64,000 nt of DNA, from positions 832,001 to 896,000 of the forward strand of contig CAWFFN010000007.1 of the NCBI GenBank assembly GCA_963815115.1. Reading direction: 5' to 3'. The stretch comes from an uncultured delta proteobacterium (GTDB taxonomy: Bacteria > Desulfobacterota > Binatia > DP-6). The position numbers and the translations under genes are program-made. Numbering within the stretch: position 1 is the stretch's first letter; each line of letters begins with the position of its first letter. This document shows positions 22,559 through 31,949 of this stretch, in pieces. Below the pieces are notes generated by a model. The model ran no database searches. It was given only the letters and a program-made list of their open reading frames with translations, and was not told the origin of the DNA.

Positions 22559-23679
22559 CCGCCGCACTCGTCGCCGCGGCGCTGCTCGCGCTCGGCGCCG
22601 GCCTCGCCCGGGCGGAGCCCTACCTCGCCGTCCGCACCGGGGCCAAGTGCGCCGACTGTCACACCAACCTCGACGGCGGCGGGAAGCGCACCTCGTTCGC
22701 CACCATCCACGCCCACGACATCCTGCACGATCTGCAGATCTTGCCGCTGCCCAAGGGCGTGCGGAGCTTCAACGGCGAGCTGAACCAGTGGGTCTCGATC
22801 GGCAGCGACCTGCGGGTTCGCAGCACCACGACCTTTGCGGACACGCCCGATGCGGAGGGGCGGGTCCCGATGAACCGCGCCTTCCGCGATCACGTCGACA
22901 ACGAGAGCCTGAACGTCCCGGAGGCGCTCGGCTACCTCCAGGTCGACCTCTGGCCCGAGGTCCTGACGCTGTACGGCGACTTCAACGCCGCCGGCGGCGG
23001 GGTCACGGCGCGCGAGGCGATGGCGATCGTCCACCTGCCCTTCAGCACCTTCCTCAAGGCGGGACGCTTCTTCCCGCCCTTCGGGCTGAGAGTGTACGAG
23101 GATGCGTCCTTCATCCGGACCAACACGGGGTTCACGTTCCAGAACCCCGACGAGGGCGGGGAGGTCGGGATCATCCAAGGACCGTTCTATCTCGCGACCT
23201 CGGTCACCAACGGCACGCCCGGCGACAAGGACGTCCTCACGAGCGTGAACGGCTACGGCATGTTCGACGACATCCCCGTCCTCCGGAACATCCTCGCGGG
23301 GGCGTCCTTCGCGCGCCAGTCCAATCAGCGCAACGTCGCGGCGTTCTACGGCGGCTCGAACGTCTGGCAGTTCACCTACCTCGGCGAGTTCGACATCATC
23401 GACGACCGCACGACGCTGCCGGCGAACACCGGGCGCAACCAGTTCGCCTCCTATGCCGAGGTCGACTGGCTTCTCTTCGACTGGCTCAACATCCGGGGCA
23501 CCTTCGACTTCCTCAAGGTGTCCGGCGATCGCAACCAGGTGCGCTACCAGATCGGTGCCGAGCCCTTCATCGACAAGTTCATCCAGCCGCGCCTGTACTA
23601 CGTCATCAACAACGGCCCCGGGAACCAGCCGCAGCAGAACACGACTCAGCTCGTGTTCGAGCTGCACTTCTTCTTCTAG
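22540..23679 (+). CDS. Outer-membrane beta-barrel protein with N-terminal CxxCH (cytochrome-porin fusion)
   Basis: Signal peptide, AEPYLAVRTGAKCADCH, amphipathic beta-strands, C-terminal Phe. Confidence 0.75.
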   Translation: MRAKQLTAALVAAALLALGAGLARAEPYLAVRTGAKCADCHTNLDGGGKRTSFATIHAHDILHDLQILPLPKGVRSFNGELNQWVSIGSDLRVRSTTTFADTPDAEGRVPMNRAFRDHVDNESLNVPEALGYLQVDLWPEVLTLYGDFNAAGGGVTAREAMAIVHLPFSTFLKAGRFFPPFGLRVYEDASFIRTNTGFTFQNPDEGGEVGIIQGPFYLATSVTNGTPGDKDVLTSVNGYGMFDDIPVLRNILAGASFARQSNQRNVAAFYGGSNVWQFTYLGEFDIIDDRTTLPANTGRNQFASYAEVDWLLFDWLNIRGTFDFLKVSGDRNQVRYQIGAEPFIDKFIQPRLYYVINNGPGNQPQQNTTQLVFELHFFF

Positions 23680-23689
23680 CCGCCCCTCC

Positions 23690-24058
23690 CTACTTCACCG
23701 ATTCCACGACGATCCCGTTCAGGCCACCCTGGGCGACCTTGCGGCCCTCGACGGTGATCGTCTTCGCCGCCGAGTCGATGGCCGCGGCGTAGCCCTTCGG
23801 ATTGTCGTGGTCCTCCACCAGAACGTAGACCTGGCTGTCCTCGGTCAGCAGGCCCATCGGAAGTCCCTTCTTGGCGCAGGTCTCGGCACACTTCTTGTGG
23901 GACGCGCCCTTGGACGTCTCGGGATGACCCAGGTAGCAGGAGAGGTCCACGACCTCGCCGGTGACGGTGTCGTCGGCGCGGGCCGCCGGCACCGCTCGCA
24001 TCGCCAGCATCCCCCCCATGGCCGCTACCGCAAGGATTGTCGCTCGTCGTCGTCGCAT
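23690..24058 (-). CDS. Secreted small protein with Cys/His cluster
   Basis: Signal peptide; GEVVDLSCY..H...HKKCAETC..KGLPMGL. Confidence 0.75.
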   Translation of the reverse strand: MRRRRATILAVAAMGGMLAMRAVPAARADDTVTGEVVDLSCYLGHPETSKGASHKKCAETCAKKGLPMGLLTEDSQVYVLVEDHDNPKGYAAAIDSAAKTITVEGRKVAQGGLNGIVVESVK

Positions 24059-24092
24059 GCTTCCTCCCGTGCTCATGAAACCTGCGCCGAGC

Positions 24093-24563
24093 CTACTGGC
24101 GCCCGGGATTGGGGTCAACGGACTCCGGAACGCTGTCCGGCGCATCCAGCGCAGGTGTGAACACCGCCAGCGTCACCGCCGTGGCCTCGCCACGCCGCGC
24201 GAACCAGTGCACGCGCCCGCGAGAAATCACGGCGGCATCACCGGGGTGCAACGGCGTCTGGGTCCCGTCCAGCGTCAGCACACCCTCGCCGCGCAGCACG
24301 AAGGCGGTCAGGTCGTGGCTGCGGTGCCGGTGGGGCGACTCGGCGCCACGCACCTGGACGATGTGGTAGCTGGCTGCCGGGGTCCGCGCCACCTCGTCGG
24401 CGCGCAGGGCCTGCCCCGCGCCCAGGGGATGCGTCGCGAGAAAGGCCTCGAGGCCACCGGGCACGGCGCCCGCCACCACCGGAGGTCTGCGGATCGCACA
24501 CCCCGAGGCGATAAGCCACACCAGGAGGAAGGCCCGGGCGACGGGTTCCGTGCAAGCGCGCAT
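24093..24563 (-). CDS. Cupin-domain protein, possibly a lipoprotein
   Basis: PHRHRSHD..FVLRGEG, PGD...I..G..HWF; ASGC lipobox-like. Confidence 0.8.
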   Translation of the reverse strand: MRACTEPVARAFLLVWLIASGCAIRRPPVVAGAVPGGLEAFLATHPLGAGQALRADEVARTPAASYHIVQVRGAESPHRHRSHDLTAFVLRGEGVLTLDGTQTPLHPGDAAVISRGRVHWFARRGEATAVTLAVFTPALDAPDSVPESVDPNPGRQ

Positions 24564-24705
24564 GGTCGAGTCCAACGTCGAACCAAACCAGGGGCGGGCC
24601 TCGGGTGCAACCCGGCGGCGGGCGGGTTGCTCGGACCAGATTTCAGTTGACGACTGCAACCGAGCTGGGCGAGACTTCGCGCCACCACCGTTCTGGGGGT
24701 GACTC

Positions 24706-24879
24706 GTGTTGACCGGCCTCGACGCGGTAGTGATCGAAAGATTGGTGACCGGCGGACTTCTCGCGGCACTTGCAGTTGCCATAGCGTTCGGTCCCGAGCT
24801 CCGACAAGCGCTCACACGTCTCCGGCACCGCGACGCTCCCGATCGCCGACCGATCGGCGTCGAGTCCCGTCTGTCGTGA
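24706..24879 (+). CDS. Small single-TM protein (57 aa), absent from the ORF track
   Basis: GTG..TGA frame MLTGLDAVVIERLVTGGLLAALAVAIAFGPELRQ..., upstream GGGGGTG; fills an otherwise empty gap. Confidence 0.5.
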   Translation: MLTGLDAVVIERLVTGGLLAALAVAIAFGPELRQALTRLRHRDAPDRRPIGVESRLS

Positions 24880-24944
24880 TGCCGCGCGGCGCCAGCCGCG
24901 CACGCACGGTTTCCACCGGGTAGGGGCGCTGCTACAGTCGCGCC

Positions 24945-27332
24945 GTGGTGACGTCCGGCATCGCCGCGATGCGCGGCCGCCGTCGGGTCGCCGCGGTCCT
25001 GCTGCTCGCGCTGGCCGCCTGTGCCTGCCGCTCCACCCGGCCCGCGGCCCCCGCCGCGCGCCGCCCGGCCAGCGCCCGCGCGGACGTCTCGCATCTCCAT
25101 GTGCTGATGGTGAATGGGGGGGGCTCGCGAGAGCACAACTACCAGTCCCACCTGCTCCACCTGCGCGCCCTCTACGATCTGCTCGAGCGCGCCGGGGTAC
25201 CGCCGCAGCACATGACGCTCTACGTGAGCGACGGCGCGGACCCCGCTCCGGACGTCGCGCTCCGCGAGGCCCAGCCGGAGCCCGACTTCTGGCTGCTCGA
25301 GGGCAGCCCGCTGGCCGACAAGCTGCGCACGCCCGTCACCTTCGAGAGCTCCGTGGTCCCCGACGCTGCCCTGGCTCCCGCCACGCGCTCCGACATCGCG
25401 CGCTGGTTCGAGACGACGGGCCGCAAGCTCCGCCGGGACGACACCTTGCTCCTCTACGTCACCGACCACGGCTCGCGGAACGCGGACGATCCCACGAACA
25501 ACGCCATCACGCTCTGGGGGCGCGGCGAGCGCTTGCCGGTCGGCGACCTCGCCGGGATGCTGCGCACCCTCGATCCGGGAGTCCGTGTCGTCGCGCTGAT
25601 GTCGCAGTGCTTCTCCGGCGGCTTCGCCGAGCTCGCACGGGCGCGCAGCAGCCAGGCGGTGCCGGACGGCTCGACCTGCGGCTACTTCTCCTCCACCGCC
25701 GATCGGCCGGCATACGGCTGCTATGCCGAGAATCGCGGCCGCGACAACGTCGGCCACTCCTTCCACTTCATCGAGGCGCTGGCCGAGCGCGGGGAGTTCC
25801 CCGCGGCACACACCGACGTCCTCGTCGGCGACGACACGCCCGACGTTCCCCTGCGCACCTCGGACCTCTTCCTCGACGACGTCCTCCAGCGTGCCGCCCA
25901 GGCGGACGGCGTGAAGCCCGCAGACCTGATCGACCCCCTCCTGCGCCAGGCCTGGGGACATCCCGAGTCCTGGGAGCCCGAGCTGCGCCTTCTCGATCGC
26001 GTCGGACACGCCTACGGCTTCGCCAGCCCCCGCTCGATGCGGGAGCTCGAGGAGCAGCTCACGCGCATGCCGGAGCTGGCCGCGCAGCTGCGTACCCAGC
26101 ACGCCGCGTGGCAGGGAGCGCTGGAGTCCGCCACCGGTGCGAACGTCGGCCGATTCCTCGTGAGCCATCCCGCCTGGCAGGCCCGCCTGCAGCCGCTGGA
26201 GGCCAAGGGCGCCGCGCCGGACGAGCCGCGCCCGCTGACGACCGCCCTGCTGCGCGATCTTGCCCCGGCGACACGGTCGAATCCCGAAGCCCACCGCCGG
26301 CTCGGCGTGCTGCACCAGCGCGCCGAGGACTCCGAGTCCGTCGCCTACCGCATGGACGTGCGCGCGGGCGTGCTGCTGCGCATGCGGGCCGTCCTCGTCA
26401 CCATCGCCGGCCGCACGTTTCTGGAGTCGCGCGGCTCGGACGAGGAGCGCAAGGGATACGACGCGTTGCGGCGGTGCGAGGCTCTCGCGATTCCAGCAGT
26501 CCCGCTCCCTCCGGAAGCGCATCTCGCGCCTTCCGAGCCGTTCCCGTCCCTGGAGGACGATCTGGCGATCGCGGCCCGGGTGACGCCCGCCTGGATGGGC
26601 ATCCAGTTCCGGCCGGCCGCGCAGGACACACGCGCATCCGGCAAGCTCTCCGACGGCGCCGCCTCCGTGCTGGCGGTCTACGAGGGTTCGCCGGCGCGCC
26701 AGGCTGGTCTGGAGCCGGGCGACATCGTGATCGGCCCGCGCGGGAAGCCCTTCCAGGAAAAGGAGCAGATTCGCGAGTGGACGATGCTGTCGCGTGTCGA
26801 CGAGCCGGCGGCGCTCGACGTCCGGCGCGGCGATCGACAGCTCACCGTGAGCCTGGTGCCGAAGCCGTTCCCGCAGAAATGGCCGTCGTTGCCCGGCCCG
26901 CCCAAGGTGGGGAGCGCGGCGCCTCCGTTGCACCTCGGAGCGTACCGGGGAACACCGCCGACGTCCCTCGCCAAGGGGACGCCGCACCTGCTCTTCTTCT
27001 GGGCGACGTGGTGCGCGATCTGCAAGTCGGCGTTGCCCGAGATCGCGGCCTTCGAGCACGAGCGCGGCATCCCGGTGATCGCCATCAGCGACGAGGACCG
27101 CAGCCGCCTCGATCCCTTCTTCGCCTCCCACATCGGGCCTTTCCCGCCCCTGGTGGCCATCGACGAGAACCGGCAGGCCTTCCTGGCCTACGCCGTGAGC
27201 GGCATGCCCACCTTCGTCCTCGTCGACGGCAGCGGGACGGTGCGCAGCTACGCCACCGGCTACTCGCCCGCAAAGGGCCTCGCGATCGACGGCTGGACGT
27301 GGAGCGCGCGTCCGCAGCCGCCCGCCGGCTGA
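24945..27332 (+). CDS. Clan-CD (C13/caspase-fold) peptidase - PDZ - TlpA thioredoxin fusion lipoprotein
   Basis: Lipobox LAAC; LLYVTDHG and MSQCFSGGF dyad; WMGI..GSPARQAGLEPGDIV PDZ; FWATWCAIC..MPTFVLVD. Confidence 0.8.
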   Translation: MVTSGIAAMRGRRRVAAVLLLALAACACRSTRPAAPAARRPASARADVSHLHVLMVNGGGSREHNYQSHLLHLRALYDLLERAGVPPQHMTLYVSDGADPAPDVALREAQPEPDFWLLEGSPLADKLRTPVTFESSVVPDAALAPATRSDIARWFETTGRKLRRDDTLLLYVTDHGSRNADDPTNNAITLWGRGERLPVGDLAGMLRTLDPGVRVVALMSQCFSGGFAELARARSSQAVPDGSTCGYFSSTADRPAYGCYAENRGRDNVGHSFHFIEALAERGEFPAAHTDVLVGDDTPDVPLRTSDLFLDDVLQRAAQADGVKPADLIDPLLRQAWGHPESWEPELRLLDRVGHAYGFASPRSMRELEEQLTRMPELAAQLRTQHAAWQGALESATGANVGRFLVSHPAWQARLQPLEAKGAAPDEPRPLTTALLRDLAPATRSNPEAHRRLGVLHQRAEDSESVAYRMDVRAGVLLRMRAVLVTIAGRTFLESRGSDEERKGYDALRRCEALAIPAVPLPPEAHLAPSEPFPSLEDDLAIAARVTPAWMGIQFRPAAQDTRASGKLSDGAASVLAVYEGSPARQAGLEPGDIVIGPRGKPFQEKEQIREWTMLSRVDEPAALDVRRGDRQLTVSLVPKPFPQKWPSLPGPPKVGSAAPPLHLGAYRGTPPTSLAKGTPHLLFFWATWCAICKSALPEIAAFEHERGIPVIAISDEDRSRLDPFFASHIGPFPPLVAIDENRQAFLAYAVSGMPTFVLVDGSGTVRSYATGYSPAKGLAIDGWTWSARPQPPAG

Positions 27333-27460
27333 CGCGGCGTCCCCGGCGCGGATTCCGTTGACTCCGAAGCGCCCGGGATGGTAACCGCGCGTGGCCTGCC
27401 GTCGGCTGGCCTCCTCCCTGATTCGCCTCGAGGTCTCGAAGAGCCTCCAAAGGAGTCTCG

Positions 27461-28390
27461 ATGATCGCCGCGCCTCGCTTCCTCCTCCTCACCCTCACCC
27501 TCGCCGTCCTGAGCGCCGGCGCGGCGCCCGCGCGCGCCCAGACGTCCTCCTGCGGCGATGCCCTCGTCGATGCAGGCATCGGCGAGGAGTGCGACGAGGG
27601 CGCGGCCAACGGGAGCCCCGCGTCGTGTTGCACGGAGAGCTGCACGCTCCGCGCCGCAGGCGAGACCTGCCGCCCGGCCGCGGGCCCGTGCGACGTCGCC
27701 GAATCCTGCACGGGCGCGAGCGCGGCCTGCCCTGCGGATATCACGCTGCCGGACGGCGACGGCGATGGCACCTGCGATGCGCACGACGTCTGTCCCCTCG
27801 TGCCCGACCCGGATCAGCAGGACGACGACGGCGACGGTCTCGGAAACGCCTGCGATCCGTGCACCAGCATCGCTTCCGTGACTGCACAGAAGGCCGTCCT
27901 CAAGATCACCAAGCTGCAGACGCCTCCCGGCGACGATCGGTTCAAGGTGAAGGCCACCATCGCCGGCGTTCCCACCCAACCCACCATCGACCCGATCGCC
28001 AACGGCCTGCGCATCCTGCTGACGGACGCGCTCGGCGACGTGGTGGTCGACGCCTTCCTGCCCGGCGGCGCGTATTCGACCGACGCCAAGGCGGGATGGA
28101 AGGGCAGCGGGCTCGGGTGGAACTATACCAACGGGGGGCAGAACCTCCCGCTGATCCAGGGGATCAGCAAGGTGTCGCTGCACGGGCGCACCTCGCAGCC
28201 CGGCCTCTTCTCGGTCGCCATCACCGGCAAGAACGGCAGCTTCGCCGTTCCCGCGGATGGGCTTCCACTCCTGGTCACCGTCGTGATCGATCCGCCCCTG
28301 GCGACCACGGGCCAGTGCGGTGAGATCGACTTCGGCGCTCCCGGGCGATGCGTCGCCGTGGCCGCCAAGGGCACCGTCAGCTGCAAGTGA
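27461..28390 (+). CDS. Secreted Cys-rich protein with disintegrin-like domain and TSP3-type Ca-binding repeats
   Basis: CGD...GEECDEG..CC..CTL..CRPAAGPCDVAESCTGASAACP.D; DGDGDG.CD..D.CP..PDPDQ.D.DGDG.GNACD. Confidence 0.8.
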   Translation: MIAAPRFLLLTLTLAVLSAGAAPARAQTSSCGDALVDAGIGEECDEGAANGSPASCCTESCTLRAAGETCRPAAGPCDVAESCTGASAACPADITLPDGDGDGTCDAHDVCPLVPDPDQQDDDGDGLGNACDPCTSIASVTAQKAVLKITKLQTPPGDDRFKVKATIAGVPTQPTIDPIANGLRILLTDALGDVVVDAFLPGGAYSTDAKAGWKGSGLGWNYTNGGQNLPLIQGISKVSLHGRTSQPGLFSVAITGKNGSFAVPADGLPLLVTVVIDPPLATTGQCGEIDFGAPGRCVAVAAKGTVSCK

Positions 28391-28414
28391 GGCGCCACGC
28401 CGGGGGGCGCCGCC

Positions 28415-28996
28415 CTACCGAGCGTACTTGACGGAGCAGCCGTACGGCTTGGTCTCGGCGACCTTCACCGGCTTTCCGGACGTGACGTCGTCGAGCGCCT
28501 CGGCGACGTAGTTGCGCGCCTCCTTGCCCTTGTCACCCGCCGCGTCGTCGTCGATCGCGCCCTCGTAGACCACCGTGCCCGTGCCGTCGATCACGAACAT
28601 GTGCGGCGTCGTCTTGGCGCCGTACGCGGTGCCGACCTTGCCCGCATGATCGTCGAGCACCGGATATGGCAGCTTGTGCTCGCTTCGCCACGCCTGGTCG
28701 CGCGCCGAGTCCAGGTAGCTCGTGCTGTCGACGCCGAGCCAGATCACGCCACGGTCACGATACCGGTCGGCCAGCGTCCGCATCGTATTCGCGTTGGCAT
28801 GCCGTTGCGCGAAGGGGCAGTCGGGGTTGGTCCACTCGAGGACCACGATCTTGCCGCGCAGCTTGGCGAGATCGACCTCGGCACCGTCCTGGTCCTTCAG
28901 GCTGAAGCCCGGGGCCGCCTGCCCCACCACGGCGCTGGCATGCGCCACCGCCGCCGTGGCGAGCACGACCGCCGCCAGCGTGGTTCCGAATCGCAT
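28415..28996 (-). CDS. Periplasmic thioredoxin-fold/peroxiredoxin-like protein
   Basis: Signal peptide, VVLEWTNPDCPF, YGAKTTPHMFVID, YEGAIDD, PYGCSVKY. Confidence 0.88.
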   Translation of the reverse strand: MRFGTTLAAVVLATAAVAHASAVVGQAAPGFSLKDQDGAEVDLAKLRGKIVVLEWTNPDCPFAQRHANANTMRTLADRYRDRGVIWLGVDSTSYLDSARDQAWRSEHKLPYPVLDDHAGKVGTAYGAKTTPHMFVIDGTGTVVYEGAIDDDAAGDKGKEARNYVAEALDDVTSGKPVKVAETKPYGCSVKYAR

Positions 28997-28999
28997 CGT

Positions 29000-29845
29000 C
29001 TAGGTCTCCTTTCCGTCCAGTGAGATCGGCACGCGGATGCCGCGCCGCATGCCCCCGGCATCCGTGTACGCAACCACGCTGTCGAGCGGCGCGCTCTCGG
29101 TCTCCTCGCCCGCGAGTCGCTTCGCACGGAACGTGAGCTGCGTACGGCTCCCGTCGGTCCGGCTCCGTGCCTCTTCGACGTCCAGGGCCGGATCGCTCGG
29201 CGGAAACCACTCCACCGCGCGGGGCGCTTCCTTCCAGTCGAGGGTCACCGTGACGGTCCCGATCCCTCCGTCACGCGGCACGCCCCCGCGCGCCGCCAGC
29301 GCGACCGGAGCGGACCCGGCCTCGGCGTCGACCGGCAGCTTCTTCGCCCAGTCCTCGAACAGGGCCGCGTCCGCGGCACCATCCTTCCCGCCCGCAGGGG
29401 GGCCGACGCTGAGCTCGAGCGTCTTCTTGCCGCGGAGACAGAGCTTCTCGCAGGCGAGCCAGCCGGCATCGGCACGCAGCGCGACGGGCGCGCCCTGCGC
29501 CAGCGTCGCGGGCGGCGTCACCGTGGCCGAGAGCAGCAGCGTGTCGTCGTAGCCGTATCCCACGACCCCACCGGGCTGATCGAACCGCTCGGGCACCGGC
29601 CAGCGCAGCGGACCGGAGGTGAATCCTTCGGGAAGGATCCAGCGAACCGACGTCGGCAGGCCGGCATCGCCGGGGTTGTGCCAGTAGACGTGCCAGCCGC
29701 GCTGAATGTGGAAGAGCACGCCGAGCAGGAAGGGCTTCCCCGCTTCGACGTGCGCGGTGCTCACGACCAGCCGGGGTTCGACCGGCTGGAAGTACTGTGC
29801 GTGCGCCGTCCGCGAGACGATCAGGGCCAGCAGCAACCACCTCAT
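29000..29845 (-). CDS. Stand-alone DsbD/ScsB N-terminal (alpha) domain protein
   Basis: GWHVYWHNPGDAGLP, WPVPERF, WLACEKLC. Confidence 0.85.
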   Translation of the reverse strand: MRWLLLALIVSRTAHAQYFQPVEPRLVVSTAHVEAGKPFLLGVLFHIQRGWHVYWHNPGDAGLPTSVRWILPEGFTSGPLRWPVPERFDQPGGVVGYGYDDTLLLSATVTPPATLAQGAPVALRADAGWLACEKLCLRGKKTLELSVGPPAGGKDGAADAALFEDWAKKLPVDAEAGSAPVALAARGGVPRDGGIGTVTVTLDWKEAPRAVEWFPPSDPALDVEEARSRTDGSRTQLTFRAKRLAGEETESAPLDSVVAYTDAGGMRRGIRVPISLDGKET

Positions 29846-29909
29846 CCGCTCTTCTTCTGCTGCCGCATGCCACCCGACTCAACCCCGCCCGGCGACCGCG
29901 GGTGTCCCG

Positions 29910-30272
29910 TCATTCGTCCCGGTGCACGGTGCCGAGCGAGAAGGCCGGCAGGCAGACGGCCACGTATTCGGCGCCTTCGGGCTCGGGCGAGGTGTAGCGC
30001 ACCCACTCGCCGGCGCGAGCGACCACGGCCTGGCCGGCGCGAACGTCGAGCGCGCCGCCCTTGTGAATGACGCGCAGCATCCCGCGCAACACCAGCGTGT
30101 ACTCGTCGAACTCCGGCGTCTGTCCGGGCTCTTCCCATCCTGCGGGACTCCGCATGTGCGCGATGCTCACCGTCGAGCTGCGGGAGTTCACGCGGCCGAC
30201 GTACTCGTCGATCGCCTTCGGCTTGTTGCCGGCGGCGACGATACGGGTGGGACTCGCAATCAGCTCCGGCAT
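29910..30272 (-). CDS. Cupin-domain protein
   Basis: IDEYVGRVNS, GWEEPGQTPEFDEYTLVLRG, VCLPAFS. Confidence 0.88.
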   Translation of the reverse strand: MPELIASPTRIVAAGNKPKAIDEYVGRVNSRSSTVSIAHMRSPAGWEEPGQTPEFDEYTLVLRGMLRVIHKGGALDVRAGQAVVARAGEWVRYTSPEPEGAEYVAVCLPAFSLGTVHRDE

Positions 30273-30324
30273 GTGCCGATTTTGAGCCTTGACTCACTCG
30301 CATTCAACCGGAAGTGTCTCACGC

Positions 30325-30825
30325 ATGCGACCGGGCGCGCACGATCCCATCGGTGGATCGTCATGGGTGGAGTGGATGCGCGCTCTCGGGCGCCGCGTCC
30401 GACACGTGCGAGAGTTCCTCGGGCTGACCCAGGACGAGCTGGGTCGGACGGCGGGGGTGAGTCAGGGTGCGATCAGCCGTCTCGAGTCCGGTCGCGGCCT
30501 CGCGACGCCGTTGCTGGTGGTGATGAAGATCGGCGGCGCCCTGCAGCAGTCGCTCGCGAAGGTCGATCCGGCCATGCTCTCGGCCGAGGCGCTCCGCATG
30601 CTCGACGAGGGCCTGTTTCCGGCGCCGCCGGGCCCCGCGTCAGAATCGCCCGACTCTCCGCTGACCAGCGATCCCGCCCTGGAGGAGTACGTGCAGCTCT
30701 TCCATCGCGTCCCGGACAAGCAGCGCGCCACCTTCCTGGCCGTCGTGCGAGCGACGGCAAAAGCCGTCCGCATGCAGGACCCGCCCGAGCGCCGCGCCGA
30801 GTCGGACGAGGCCAACGGCTGCTGA
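30325..30825 (+). CDS. XRE-family HTH transcriptional regulator
   Basis: VREFLGLTQDELGRTAGVSQGAISRLESG. Confidence 0.85.
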   Translation: MRPGAHDPIGGSSWVEWMRALGRRVRHVREFLGLTQDELGRTAGVSQGAISRLESGRGLATPLLVVMKIGGALQQSLAKVDPAMLSAEALRMLDEGLFPAPPGPASESPDSPLTSDPALEEYVQLFHRVPDKQRATFLAVVRATAKAVRMQDPPERRAESDEANGC

Positions 30826-30895
30826 CCGGTCCCGGCGCTACCCTGCGAGCGGCGGAATACGCTATGGGCGCTGCTCCGGACGGGAGGTGTGAGCC

Positions 30896-31087
30896 ATGCG
30901 TGTGATCGTCGATGCGGCCCTGTGTGAGGGCAACGCCGTCTGCCAGCGGCTCGCTCCCGAGGTGTTTCGGGTGGGCGACGACGACCTCGCCCGCGTGCTC
31001 ACCGAGCATCCCGCCGAGAGCCTGCGCGCCAAGGTCGAGCTCGCGGTCCGGCGTTGCCCGCGACAGGCCATCCGGCTCGAGGAGTGA
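30896..31087 (+). CDS. Ferredoxin (3Fe-4S type)
   Basis: CEGNAVC...APEVF...CPRQAI. Confidence 0.9.
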   Translation: MRVIVDAALCEGNAVCQRLAPEVFRVGDDDLARVLTEHPAESLRAKVELAVRRCPRQAIRLEE

Positions 31088-31116
31088 TCCACGGGCTGGG
31101 CCGGCGAGCCGCGTCG

Positions 31117-31941
31117 CTAGACGCGCGCGGGCGGGACCACCAACCCCGGAATCGCGGATCGTGTCCGAAAGACGGTCGCCCGGCGCGCCGGATCGCCGGT
31201 ATTGTCCGTCGTCACCACGAAGAGATCGCGCCGATCCCTGGCGCCGAAGCAGAGGCTGGTCACGAACGTCGCCGGAACCGCGACGGTCCGCTCGAGCGTG
31301 CCGTCGGGCGTGAAACGCGCGATGGCGGCGCCGTCGCCGAGGGCGACCCACACGGCCCCCTCCTCGTCGACCGCCAACCCGTCGGGGTGGCCGTGCGGGA
31401 CGCGAGCGAAGACCCGTCGGTTCACGGCGCTGCCGTCGCCGGCGAGGTCGTGAGCCAGCACCGTGCCCGCACTGTAGTTCGAGTGATAGAGCGTGCGCCC
31501 GCCGGGCGCGAAGCCGACTCCGTTCGGAAACTCGACTCCACCGTACAACTCGACGCCCCGACCTTCCCCGTCGATGCGCCACAGCTCGCTCGGGACGCGG
31601 CCCTCGAGCTGCATGGCGGCCGAGCGCATCGACCCCACGTAGACCCTGCCTTCGGTATCCGTCGTGAGATCGTTGAAGCCGAGCGCTCCATCGACCGTGA
31701 GCAGGACGCGCGACCGGCCGTCCCGCACGTGGCAGACGTCTCGTCCGGAGACCACCACTCCTCCGTCTGCGTGCAGCACGAGCCCGCCGACGCCGCGGCG
31801 TTTCGGGATCATCGTTTCGACCGTACCGTCCGGGGACCAGCGATAGACGCCGCCGGCGATGATGTCGCTGAAGTAGAGCCGCCCCTCGCCGTCCGCGCGC
31901 GGAGCTTCGAGGAACGTGTATCCCCAGGCGATCGCCTCCAT
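31117..31941 (-). CDS. SMP-30/gluconolactonase/LRE family protein
   Basis: LEAPR, FNDL..D..GR, FPNGVGF, PDGLAVD.EG.VWVA, TSLCFG. Confidence 0.9.
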   Translation of the reverse strand: MEAIAWGYTFLEAPRADGEGRLYFSDIIAGGVYRWSPDGTVETMIPKRRGVGGLVLHADGGVVVSGRDVCHVRDGRSRVLLTVDGALGFNDLTTDTEGRVYVGSMRSAAMQLEGRVPSELWRIDGEGRGVELYGGVEFPNGVGFAPGGRTLYHSNYSAGTVLAHDLAGDGSAVNRRVFARVPHGHPDGLAVDEEGAVWVALGDGAAIARFTPDGTLERTVAVPATFVTSLCFGARDRRDLFVVTTDNTGDPARRATVFRTRSAIPGLVVPPARV

Positions 31942-31949
31942 GGCCGATC

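Noticed and set aside
24093-27131. 1012-aa minus-strand ORF
   Set aside because: Only the last ~156 aa (cupin) look real; the remainder is antisense to the peptidase fusion
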